From an uncultured Nitrospiraceae bacterium (GTDB lineage: Bacteria > Nitrospirota > Thermodesulfovibrionia > Thermodesulfovibrionales > UBA6898): a stretch of 64,000 nt of DNA. The number at the start of each line of letters is the position of its first letter. The first letter of the stretch is position 1. The notes beneath the pieces are model-generated. The model had not been told where the DNA came from and did not search any database. It saw only the letters and a program-made list of their open reading frames with translations. A program made the position numbers and the translations under genes. This document shows positions 1 to 11,475 of the stretch, one piece after another. The stretch lies in contig CAWEQH010000010.1 of assembly GCA_963811165.1 (NCBI GenBank), positions 320,001 through 384,000 on the forward strand, read 5' to 3'.

Positions 1-462
1 GTGATGGCGTCTTTGGTTCTTGTCCGGAGTCTTGCTTTCGGGGGAGTCCTCGTAATTATAGGCGGACTTTTCGATGTTCTTGATGGCGTAGTCGCTCGCG
101 TCAACAAAAAACAGACAAGATTCGGAGCGTTTCTTGATTCTGTGCTCGATAGGTTTTCCGACGCATTTATACTATTGGCAGTGGGCCTGAACCTTTTCAG
201 ACACGGCAATGTGCCGGGAATGGCACTATGTGTCTTAACTCTCGTCAGCTCTTTCTTGGTGAGCTACGTGCGGGCGAGGGCGGAGGGGCTTGGGAAAAAT
301 TGCAAAGAGGGTCTCATGGAAAGACCGGAAAGAATAGTATTGTTTTCTTTGGGGGCCATTACCGGATTCATGGTCCCCATCCTATGGATACTGTTCATAT
401 TGACGCAGTTTACCGTATTTCAGCGAATGTATCATGCCCTAAAGATGATGGGCCGTGAATAA
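1..462 (+). CDS. CDP-alcohol phosphatidyltransferase (5'-truncated by window edge)
   Basis: Signature DxxDGxxAR...GxxxDxxxD (DVLDGVVAR...FGAFLDSVLDR), then SYVRARAE and ERPER as in the PgsA/PIP-synthase-like subfamily. Confidence 0.85.
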   Translation: MMASLVLVRSLAFGGVLVIIGGLFDVLDGVVARVNKKQTRFGAFLDSVLDRFSDAFILLAVGLNLFRHGNVPGMALCVLTLVSSFLVSYVRARAEGLGKNCKEGLMERPERIVLFSLGAITGFMVPILWILFILTQFTVFQRMYHALKMMGRE

Positions 463-624
463 TCGTCTTTTTCGTCTCCTAAAAAAATTGCCCAAAGACT
501 GCCCTGAGCCTGCTGCATTTAGCCCCCAGTGATTTGCCAACCGTAACAGTTATCCTGCCTTTTTGTCACCGGGACAAATGTGAATAATCCGGGAATTATA
601 AAAGCTTGCGATTCTTCGATAGAC

Positions 625-699
625 TGGAGCGGGCGACGGGATTCGAACCCGCGACTTTCAGCTTGGGAAGCTAACACTCTACCACTGAGTTACGCCCGC
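625..699 (-). tRNA. tRNA-Gly (anticodon CCC), encoded 3' CCA
   Basis: Reverse complement GCGGGCG-TA-ACTCAGTGGTAGAGT-G-TTAGC-TTCCCAA-GCTGA-AAGTC-GCGGG-TTCGAAT-CCCGT-CGCCCGC-TCCA folds as a full cloverleaf. Confidence 0.97.
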
Positions 700-707
700 G
701 CTAGTGT

Positions 708-737
708 TTTATAAATCAGAATATGATTAAATGTCAA
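708..737 (-). promoter_or_regulatory. Putative sigma70 promoter of the tRNA
   Basis: TTGACA-18 nt-TATAAA on the minus strand just upstream of the tRNA 5' end. Confidence 0.5.
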
Positions 738-821
738 GCACTGTACTTCCTTTGCACGTAGGGATATCACACCATGATGGGATACAATAGTCGTAAAAGG
801 CTACACGCCGGGGGAAAGCCC

Positions 822-2024
822 ATGATAATCGAATTTGAAGAAAGGGAGCTGAAGGAGAAGATACTTGCTGACAAGTATAACCACCTGGTCTTCAGCGCAG
901 CTCGGGGAGGTCCTCTTTATCTGGTGGGCGGCTATCTAAGGGATATCTTGAGGGGGAGGATCAATCCCGACAGGGACTACGTCGCGGGAGGTGATTATGA
1001 ATCCCTTCTGAGGCAAATAGTTAACGTCACCGGCGGCAGACTGGTCAGGCTTGGAGGCTACCTGGGCAGAGTAGTACTGAAGGACAAGTCAACGCTTGAC
1101 TTCTCTCCGCTTGTAAAAGACATTTCAGATGACCTCTCACGCAGAGATTTTACCGTCAATTCTCTTGCATGGTCACCTGACAGGGGAATCATAGATCCCC
1201 ATGGAGGGTTAGGGGATTTGCGTAAGGAACGTATCAGTATGATCTGCAGGGATAATATCGAACGGGATCCGATCAGAATACTCAGGGCTTACAGATTTGC
1301 GGGCGAGTTATCTTCCAGGATTGATCGCCGCACTAGAAAGGTAATTAGGGAATGTTCCCTAAGAATTATTGAGGCAAAAAGTGAAAGGATTACTTTAGAG
1401 TTTTTTAAGATATTAAACCTGGAGGCTCCCGTAAAAATCCTTGCCATGATGGGGCGTGACGGAACTTTATATCATTTATTCCCTTTAGCTCATGAAGAGT
1501 TACGCCGCAAACTTAGAGTTTTTTCTAGAGTTGAAAGAATATTTAATGCGTTACCTTTAATGTATGAAACAATATTATGTGAAAAGGGCCAACAGAATCT
1601 TTCGTGTTTGGGTATGCTGCGACTTGAAGTCCTCCTGGAGGGCATATCCACAAACGCTTTGAGTATGAGTTCCATCATTGTAAAAAAGCTTTTAATGTTT
1701 GAAAGAGCTAAAGAGATATTACATGAGGCGAAATGGTCGCATGACAAAATTTTTAAAGCTTTCAGTATTATGGGTGACACCTCCATAGATTTTCTGATCA
1801 TGAAGGACAGGGCGGCCTTATTGTCCGAATATGAAAGGTATTGCAAGATAAAAAAAGATAGCCTCTTGAGTGCAGAGGAAATTATTAGTGCCGGCGGACT
1901 GTTGAGGGGCGCAAACTTGGGCAAGGCGATAAGAATGTTAAGGAAGGCGGAATTCACTCATCAAATTAGGAGCCGCCAGGAAGCGATTAATTTATTGAAT
2001 TGCTTTTGTGATGATTTAACATAA
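822..2024 (+). CDS. Class II tRNA nucleotidyltransferase (CCA/poly(A) polymerase family), probably CC-adding type
   Basis: YLVGGYLRD, DRD catalytic carboxylates, DDLSRRDFTVN, DPIRILRAYRF, ERITLE; start at ATG 822 after GGGGGA. Confidence 0.85.
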   Translation: MIIEFEERELKEKILADKYNHLVFSAARGGPLYLVGGYLRDILRGRINPDRDYVAGGDYESLLRQIVNVTGGRLVRLGGYLGRVVLKDKSTLDFSPLVKDISDDLSRRDFTVNSLAWSPDRGIIDPHGGLGDLRKERISMICRDNIERDPIRILRAYRFAGELSSRIDRRTRKVIRECSLRIIEAKSERITLEFFKILNLEAPVKILAMMGRDGTLYHLFPLAHEELRRKLRVFSRVERIFNALPLMYETILCEKGQQNLSCLGMLRLEVLLEGISTNALSMSSIIVKKLLMFERAKEILHEAKWSHDKIFKAFSIMGDTSIDFLIMKDRAALLSEYERYCKIKKDSLLSAEEIISAGGLLRGANLGKAIRMLRKAEFTHQIRSRQEAINLLNCFCDDLT

Positions 2025-2041
2025 TATATCTTATCGGACAA
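2014..2041 (-). other. dif: dif-like chromosome dimer resolution site (XerC/XerD)
   Basis: Minus strand TTGTCCGATAA-GATATA-TTATGTTAAAT: 11-6-11 layout, XerD arm identical to E. coli dif TTATGTTAAAT. Confidence 0.8.
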
Positions 2042-2178
2042 GTTATTTAAACATCAATTGTTGACATCCTGTTGGTATTCATGTGAATAATTTAGATTTC
2101 GGTGGAGAAGTATTGCCGCTATCGGTCTTGTATAGGTATTAGGCAGGCAGATTATTGCGCTATTTCGACCTGTTACAG

Positions 2179-3411
2179 CTAAACCATAACAACCGCATCG
2201 AGCAGCCCTTCCGATATCCTCACGGGCCTTACATACACAACGCTTCCTTTTCCGTACTTGCCCACAGAAGCCCTCACCTTAAGGTAATTACCGGATGTTC
2301 CGGTATAGACACCCGCGGCCACTTGTTCTTCAAGGATAATGTCCATGGGAATGTCGATTTGCCTTTCCATGTAAGCCCTTCGTTTCAGTCGATTTATTTC
2401 CGCTAATATATTCAGCCTGCTCTTAACAATCAGATCATCGATCCGCCCGCTCATCTTCGCTGCATCGGTGCCGGCCCTTGCCGAAAAAGGGAATACGTGG
2501 ATATAAGATAGAGGCAGGTTTCGTAACATATCGGCTGTTTCTTCGAAATCGCTATCGCTCTCTCCGGGAAAACCTACTATGACATCAGATCCCAAGGAAA
2601 TATTATTCAGACGAGAAACTATTGCGTCCACTTTTGTGCGAAAGTATGAAGCTTCATATCCCCGCCTCATTAGTTTCAGGACTCGATCGCTCCCGCTTTG
2701 CAAAGGCAAATGTAAATGTTTACACATCCTCCTTTCAAGAAGGATTTCCGTGAGCTCATCATCCACCTCGGTGATTTCCAGGGAACTCAGGCGAACTCTT
2801 TTTATGCGTGTTTCCCGTAAAATACGTCTAAGGAAATTTTTAAGGTCAGACTTTAGGGGAAGATCTCTCCCGTAAGTCCCAAGATGTATACCCGTCAGGA
2901 CAATTTCGTTGTAACCGTTTGATTCGATGATCTTTACCCTCTCAATTAGCTCATCCTCTCCGATACTCCTGGATTTTCCTCTTGTAAGAGGGACAGTGCA
3001 ATAACTACACCGGAAGTTGCATCCATCCTGTATCTTCAGATACGGCCGTGAACGACTATAATAACCGTAAAAAATATCGACATCTCGTGCCGCAATTATC
3101 TTTACTATATCGAGTTTTCTCGAATTATCGACGACCTCATACACCCCCGGCATAGACCGCACATCGTCTGCCCTGAGATGAGCGTAGCAGCCAGTAACGA
3201 TTACCTTTGCTCCGGATCTCGCAGCGCGGCGGATAAGCTGTCTGGAATTATAGTCACCTTTTGAGGTAACGGCACACGTATTTACTATACAGAAGTCAGG
3301 TTTTTCAGTTAAATTTACTATGGTTACGCCATTTTCCTTAAGTGTTCCTTCAATAATTGAGCTTTCGGACTGATTAACGCGGCAACCCATTGTTAAAAAA
3401 GACACCTTCAC
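2179..3411 (-). CDS. mtaB: tRNA t6A37 methylthiotransferase MtaB
   Basis: TMGCRVNQSES, NTCAVT, TGCYA, radical SAM KIQDGCNFRCSYC, LTGIHLG. Confidence 0.9.
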   Translation of the reverse strand: MKVSFLTMGCRVNQSESSIIEGTLKENGVTIVNLTEKPDFCIVNTCAVTSKGDYNSRQLIRRAARSGAKVIVTGCYAHLRADDVRSMPGVYEVVDNSRKLDIVKIIAARDVDIFYGYYSRSRPYLKIQDGCNFRCSYCTVPLTRGKSRSIGEDELIERVKIIESNGYNEIVLTGIHLGTYGRDLPLKSDLKNFLRRILRETRIKRVRLSSLEITEVDDELTEILLERRMCKHLHLPLQSGSDRVLKLMRRGYEASYFRTKVDAIVSRLNNISLGSDVIVGFPGESDSDFEETADMLRNLPLSYIHVFPFSARAGTDAAKMSGRIDDLIVKSRLNILAEINRLKRRAYMERQIDIPMDIILEEQVAAGVYTGTSGNYLKVRASVGKYGKGSVVYVRPVRISEGLLDAVVMV

Positions 3412-4721
3412 CTTCCGGCCGAGACCCTATCCAGACCCACATTTACTCCCGAAAGGGAATGTTGGCGTGCCCTGTCGATTCTCACAAGGACGTACGAACC
3501 TGTCTTTTCTCCCTTGTCACTGATTGTTACTATCTTATTAGTCTTTGTTCTGCCTGCTAGCATGCTCGGATCAGTCTCCGATGGGCCTTCTATAAGAATC
3601 TCTTGAATCGTTCCTTCAAGTGCATAATTTTTCTTGTAGGTTATCTCTTCTTGTAGGTTAAGTATCTCGCTTAGCCGTTCCGATTTAAGATCGTCTCCTA
3701 TATGGCCCTCCATCGTATAAGCCTTTGTACCCCGTCTTGCGGAAAACTTGAACGCGAAAAGCCCATCAAACGATATTTCCCTAATCGCTCTCATCGTTGC
3801 TTCGTGGTCCATGACGGTTTCCCCAGGAAAGCCCGTTATCATATCGGCGGTAATCGCTATGTCAGGAATCCTATTCCTCAGAATGTCAATTTTCCACCTG
3901 TATTCCTCATAGGTGTAGCCCCTGTTCATAAGTCTCAATATCATGTCTGACCCGGACTGAATCGGCAGATGTATATGTTCGCACACGTGGGGCAACTCAG
4001 CCATTGCCACGATCAACCTTTCTGAAAAATCTCTGGGGTGAGAAGTCACAAAACGTATTCTGTCGATCTTAAGGGCATCTATTTTTCGCAACAAATCAGG
4101 AAAATCGACGTCACTTTTATAGGAGTTCACGTTCTGTCCTAAAAGAGTGATTTCCTTATATCCTTTTCCGGCTAGTTCGTCTACCTCGGAGATAATGCTG
4201 CTGCTGGGCCGGGAGACCTCCCTTCCCCGCGTATAGGGCACAATGCAGTACGTGCAGAAGTTATTACACCCATACATAATGGATACCCATGCCTTTATCA
4301 AACTTTGACGGCTAGCAGCTAATTCCCGCAGTGCCAGTTCCTGGTTGTCGTCAAACAACCCGGCCTTAAGCCCGCCGGCAACCATGCTGCCGAGCAAGTG
4401 AATATTTTGCGGGCCGAGCACGAAATCAACATAGGGAGCTCTTCGTACCAACTTGTCCTTGGTTTCCTGTGCGACACAGCCGGCAACCGCTATCTTGAGA
4501 CCTTCGTGTTTCCTTTTAAGCAGTTTTGTCCTGCCGAGTTGGCTATAAAACTTCTGTTCCGCTTTTTCTCTGATCGCACATGTGTTGAAAATAATAAGAT
4601 CTGCGTTTTCAGGTCCCTCTGCTTCGCGATACCCATTTTCCGAAAGGACGCCGAGCATTTTTTCCGAATCATGGACATTCATCTGACATCCGAACGTATA
4701 AATGAAAACAGATTTTTGCAT
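3408..4721 (-). CDS. miaB: tRNA i6A37 methylthiotransferase MiaB
   Basis: TFGCQMNVHDSE, NTCAIREKAEQK, GCNNFCTYCIVP, C-terminal TRAM domain; start set at MQKSVF. Confidence 0.93.
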   Translation of the reverse strand: MQKSVFIYTFGCQMNVHDSEKMLGVLSENGYREAEGPENADLIIFNTCAIREKAEQKFYSQLGRTKLLKRKHEGLKIAVAGCVAQETKDKLVRRAPYVDFVLGPQNIHLLGSMVAGGLKAGLFDDNQELALRELAASRQSLIKAWVSIMYGCNNFCTYCIVPYTRGREVSRPSSSIISEVDELAGKGYKEITLLGQNVNSYKSDVDFPDLLRKIDALKIDRIRFVTSHPRDFSERLIVAMAELPHVCEHIHLPIQSGSDMILRLMNRGYTYEEYRWKIDILRNRIPDIAITADMITGFPGETVMDHEATMRAIREISFDGLFAFKFSARRGTKAYTMEGHIGDDLKSERLSEILNLQEEITYKKNYALEGTIQEILIEGPSETDPSMLAGRTKTNKIVTISDKGEKTGSYVLVRIDRARQHSLSGVNVGLDRVSAGR

Positions 4722-4851
4722 ATGAAAATGTAACATGATTTTATGGGTTTCTTCAATTTCCCCTATCCTCCGTATTTTGAGTGAATATTCTAAGGCATTG
4801 AAATATTGCGATTTCTTGCAATATTGCGGTATTTGCTTTAATATAAAAATC

Positions 4852-7462
<2,611 letters not shown>

Positions 7463-7470
<8 letters not shown>

Positions 7471-8863
7471 AATATTCACCATAGGTCAGGCCCCCCTCAA
7501 AAAAGGAAAAGAGATCGCCCTTGCCTCTCGGGGAAAAAGCATATTAAAATTCAAATCCATCAATGATATGAGATACCGCCCTGAAGACAGACCGGATCTT
7601 ATCATAGTCGACAAGAACCAGAGTTCCGAAACGTCATTCAGAGAATTCCAGATATCCTTCAAGGACATTCCGAAGATCGTGTTTTCTGATTCCCACTCTT
7701 TCAAGGGCTTCTCTCCCTGGATAAAGTATCCTCAGACCTATGCGCTTCAGAATCCTTCCGCTAGGGAGCTTGAATTCATTATCAAGAGAGCACTTAAGGG
7801 GAAAGAACTTCTCGATGAGAATTTGTCGCTGAAGGAGAAGCTTGTTACCATGACTCACGAACTGGAGTTCTTCGATGAGGTGAGTAAGACCCTCACTTCG
7901 ACACTCGAGCTGAACGATATCCTTACCACGATAATGAAAAAATCCAAGAAGCTGATAAAGGCAGAGACCTGGTCGATACTTCTTGTCGAGGAGGAGACAG
8001 GGGAGCTCGTGATCGAGAAGATAACCGGCAAAAAAGAAGATACAAGTAAAATGAAGAAGGTCAGAATAAGATTGGGTGAAGGAATCGCCGGCTGGGTGGC
8101 ACAAGAGGGCATACCTGTTGTTATGCCGGACGTCTCAATCGACGAGAGATTCTGCTCCGCAATGGACCGGGAAACCGGTGCCAGGACTAAATCGCTAATG
8201 TGCGTCCCGATAAAGAGTAAGGGAAACATCATAGGCGTCCTGGAAATCGCCAACAAGACTACGGATACTCCCTTCACCAAGGACGATCTCGACATTATTA
8301 TGAGAATCGTCGACCATGCTGCCATAGCTATAGAGAGAGCCTCGCTCTATCAAAAGATGGCCGAATTGTCCATTACTGACGACCTGACCAAACTTTTCAA
8401 CACGCGGTATCTGGACAGGACCCTCGAGACGGAGATAACGAGATCGACCCGTCACAAATATTCCCTTTCTCTTATTTTTATGGACATCGATCACTTTAAG
8501 GTGATCAATGACAACTACGGCCACCTCATAGGAAGTAAGCTGCTCGTCGAGGTGGGTCAGCTTCTTATAAAGCGTTTAAGGACGATCGATATCGTGGCTC
8601 GTTATGGCGGCGATGAATTTGTGATCGTTCTGCCGCAGACTGCCCCGAGTGCGGCACTCCAGATCGCCGAGAGAATACGCAAGGCAATCGAACAAAATAT
8701 CTTTCTTAAAAAGAACGGATATTCGCTCCGCTTGACGGCGAGCTTCGGAGTTGCCTCGTATCCAGAGAGCGCAAAATCCAAAGAGGATCTTCTGAGGCTG
8801 GCTGATGAGGCTATGTACAGGGTTAAATACCAGACACGAAACGGCGTTTATGCTATAGTATAA
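7463..8863 (+). CDS. GAF-sensor diguanylate cyclase (degenerate REC-like N-terminus, GAF, GGDEF)
   Basis: GAF ([12 protein letters not shown]...SLMCVP...NK...F), [15 protein letters not shown], intact GGDEF, RTID I-site. Confidence 0.9.
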
Positions 8864-8866
8864 AAA

Positions 8867-10018
8867 ATGGCGCTCTTTAATTATGCAACCAAGGAAATTA
8901 CGCTTAAGATCGTCTATTACGGTCCTGGGTTGAGCGGCAAGACAACTAACCTTCAGTATCTGCATTCCATCTTGAATCCCGAAACCAAAGGGAGATTGCT
9001 TTCCTTATCGACGGAGGCCGACAGAACGCTTTTTTTTGATTTTCTGCCGGTCGAACTCGGGAAAATTCGTGATTTTTCCATAAGGTTCCAACTCTATACC
9101 GTGCCCGGTCAGGTAAGATATAATGCCACACGTAAAATCGTCCTCAAAGGCGCCGACGCGGTCATTTTTGTAGCCGACTCCCAACGAGAGATGAAGGAGC
9201 AGAACATAGAGAGCTTCGAGAACATGAGGGAAAATCTTTTCTCAAATAACATAAATCCTGACGAGATACCCATTATTCTTCAGTACAACAAAAGAGATCT
9301 CAACAATGTCGCTTCCGTAGAGGAACTTAATGCGGGTCTGAATCAGAATGAATATCGTGTCGTCGAGGCATGTGCCATAAAGGGTACCGGGGTTGAGGAA
9401 TCTTTCAAACTGATTACGAAGCTTCTCCTGAAATTTATTGCAAAAAAGCATCAGATTGAGATCCGGCCTGCAAAAGAAGAAGCGGTAGCAGAAGAAACTG
9501 CAGCAGTTTCGGCAGAGATTCCCAAGCCTGCTGTTAGTTCTGTTTCTCCCGAGGCGCAGACAACGATTTCTTCGGAGGAAGCGATCATGCCAAGCAGGGG
9601 GGAGATTTTTGACGAAAGCTCGCTGTCGCTGTCTGAAGTGCCTTTCGAAAAAGACTACGAAGCGGCGCCGAAACCTGAGGAACCCCCTGCCACCCACCCA
9701 GAGGAAATATCTGTCTTATCAGTAGATGAAGGGATGACCCCCACCTTTTCAGTTGAGAAAGAGGAAATTCCCGTCCGGCCCGTCGCCGAAGAGAAAACCG
9801 CTGTCTTTCCGGTTGATAAAATTGATCGGATAAGCGAGGAAATAGCGAGTCTGCATGGCATCCTGACAGATATTAAGAATTCCGTGTATGTGCTCAGCAA
9901 GGAGATGAAGGACCTCAAAGATATCAGGAGGGAACAAGATGAGATGAGTCGCGCGCTGAAGGATCTTTCGGTTCGGAGCAAAGATGTGAAGACAAAGAAA
10001 AGTTGGTTTAGGTTCTGA
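8867..10018 (+). CDS. MglA-like small GTPase with ~190-aa C-terminal extension
   Basis: KIVYYGPGLSGKTTN, RTLFFDF, TVPGQ, NKRDL in the first ~195 aa, then acidic linker and coiled coil. Confidence 0.88.
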   Translation: MALFNYATKEITLKIVYYGPGLSGKTTNLQYLHSILNPETKGRLLSLSTEADRTLFFDFLPVELGKIRDFSIRFQLYTVPGQVRYNATRKIVLKGADAVIFVADSQREMKEQNIESFENMRENLFSNNINPDEIPIILQYNKRDLNNVASVEELNAGLNQNEYRVVEACAIKGTGVEESFKLITKLLLKFIAKKHQIEIRPAKEEAVAEETAAVSAEIPKPAVSSVSPEAQTTISSEEAIMPSRGEIFDESSLSLSEVPFEKDYEAAPKPEEPPATHPEEISVLSVDEGMTPTFSVEKEEIPVRPVAEEKTAVFPVDKIDRISEEIASLHGILTDIKNSVYVLSKEMKDLKDIRREQDEMSRALKDLSVRSKDVKTKKSWFRF

Positions 10019-10065
10019 GGCCTTTGCCTCGGATTAAGACTGTCCTTTCCCTTGGCTATAGGTCT

Positions 10066-11475
10066 CTATAGTAGATATTCTGCGAGATTGATTCTGTATT
10101 TATTGGGATCCATCGTCTTTAATATGGATCTGACATATGCATTCCCCTCGTTTTTTTCCGTGAGATCGACCACATGTCCTTTTATCCTGTTCCCTTTTTC
10201 GTCGATTATGATCAGCACGCGTGGTCTTGAGGGAAAAACCTGGTTGCTTTCACATACAAGCCCTAATTCCTTAGTACTGAGCATGACCAACGTCCCGATA
10301 GGAAACACTCCGACCATATTGACAAAAAATTTAATGAGGAGGGGATCGAGCTGAGTGTTCGACCGCTCCATCATTATGCTCAATGCCTTGTCCGGGGCCA
10401 TCGGCACTCTTGAATAGACCCTTGCAGAGGTCATCGCATCGTATTGGTCGGCGAGGCTCACAATTTTGCTGAAGAAATCAAGTTCAAGATCCTTTCTTAT
10501 TCGCGGATAGCCGGAGTGATCATAATTCATATGGTGTTCGAAGGCAACAATCGCAGATTTGATAGTAAGAGGGTCCAGCTTTTTCAGTTTCAATAATGCC
10601 TTGACTCCCCATACTGGATGCCTTCTTATAATATTCCATTCGGAATCGTTAAAGTTGGACGGTTTGTTGAGAATTTCATTGGGAATGTCCATTTTCCCGA
10701 TATCGTGAAACAACGCAACCATGCCGAGTTCCGTGAGGGTCTTGCGGCTCAGTCCGATACGTTGACCCAAAGCAATGGAAAGGATGCTAACGTTTACCGA
10801 GTGATGATACGTGTACTCATCGTAGTCCTTTATCGCGGTCATCCCAAGAAGAAGTTGTTCTTCCTCGAGGATCTGGTCTACCATATTCTCGATAACCCTT
10901 TTGGCCTTTTTGATATTCACTTTCTCGCCGCCCTTTATTTTATTGATCACGCCCCTTGCATACGAAACGGCATTGAAATAGGTCTTCTTTACCATCTTTC
11001 TCGGGTCCAGTGACTTCTCCTCAACGATCTTTTTGAGCTTTTCTACTGATATATTTCTGACATTCGACATCTTTTCCTCTATCACATCGAACGACGACTC
11101 AGCGTAAGGGGAGGAAAGAAGGGCCCTGACGAGGACTTTCACCTCTTCCGCGGAGATTTTGTCCTTAAAGATGAGGCTCCCAAGCTCCCTCTTTTTGAAT
11201 TCTCTTATCAGAAAGTCAAAGTTCAAAAGATATTCCAACGAATACCGTATACGATAATCGTTGATATAAAAATACTCACCTCTTAACTCAAGGGAAATCA
11301 CCCGCTCGTTTACGATGAGAGCGTTTACCATTAATACGAACTTGTCGATAACCGATATAACGGCGACATTGTCAGGATCGTGGATATGCGATGTCCGCAG
11401 GACTACAGAAAGTTGGTTGACGAGATCTTTCCCTGTCTTGAATCTTTCTATATCTTCCCTATTGTCCATACTCAA
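10066..11475 (-). CDS. HD-GYP domain phosphodiesterase with uncharacterised N-terminal domain
   Basis: DEYTYHHSVNV, FHDIGK, EHHMNYDHSGYP, ADQYDAMTSARVY. Confidence 0.88.
   Translation of the reverse strand: MSMDNREDIERFKTGKDLVNQLSVVLRTSHIHDPDNVAVISVIDKFVLMVNALIVNERVISLELRGEYFYINDYRIRYSLEYLLNFDFLIREFKKRELGSLIFKDKISAEEVKVLVRALLSSPYAESSFDVIEEKMSNVRNISVEKLKKIVEEKSLDPRKMVKKTYFNAVSYARGVINKIKGGEKVNIKKAKRVIENMVDQILEEEQLLLGMTAIKDYDEYTYHHSVNVSILSIALGQRIGLSRKTLTELGMVALFHDIGKMDIPNEILNKPSNFNDSEWNIIRRHPVWGVKALLKLKKLDPLTIKSAIVAFEHHMNYDHSGYPRIRKDLELDFFSKIVSLADQYDAMTSARVYSRVPMAPDKALSIMMERSNTQLDPLLIKFFVNMVGVFPIGTLVMLSTKELGLVCESNQVFPSRPRVLIIIDEKGNRIKGHVVDLTEKNEGNAYVRSILKTMDPNKYRINLAEYLL

Noticed and set aside
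463..624. Possible integration (att) scar or ncRNA downstream of the tRNA 3' end
   Set aside because: No duplicated tRNA 3' end, integrase or recognisable RNA motif was seen
2061..2095. TTGACA pointing antisense into the end of mtaB
   Set aside because: No properly spaced TANNNT -10 box
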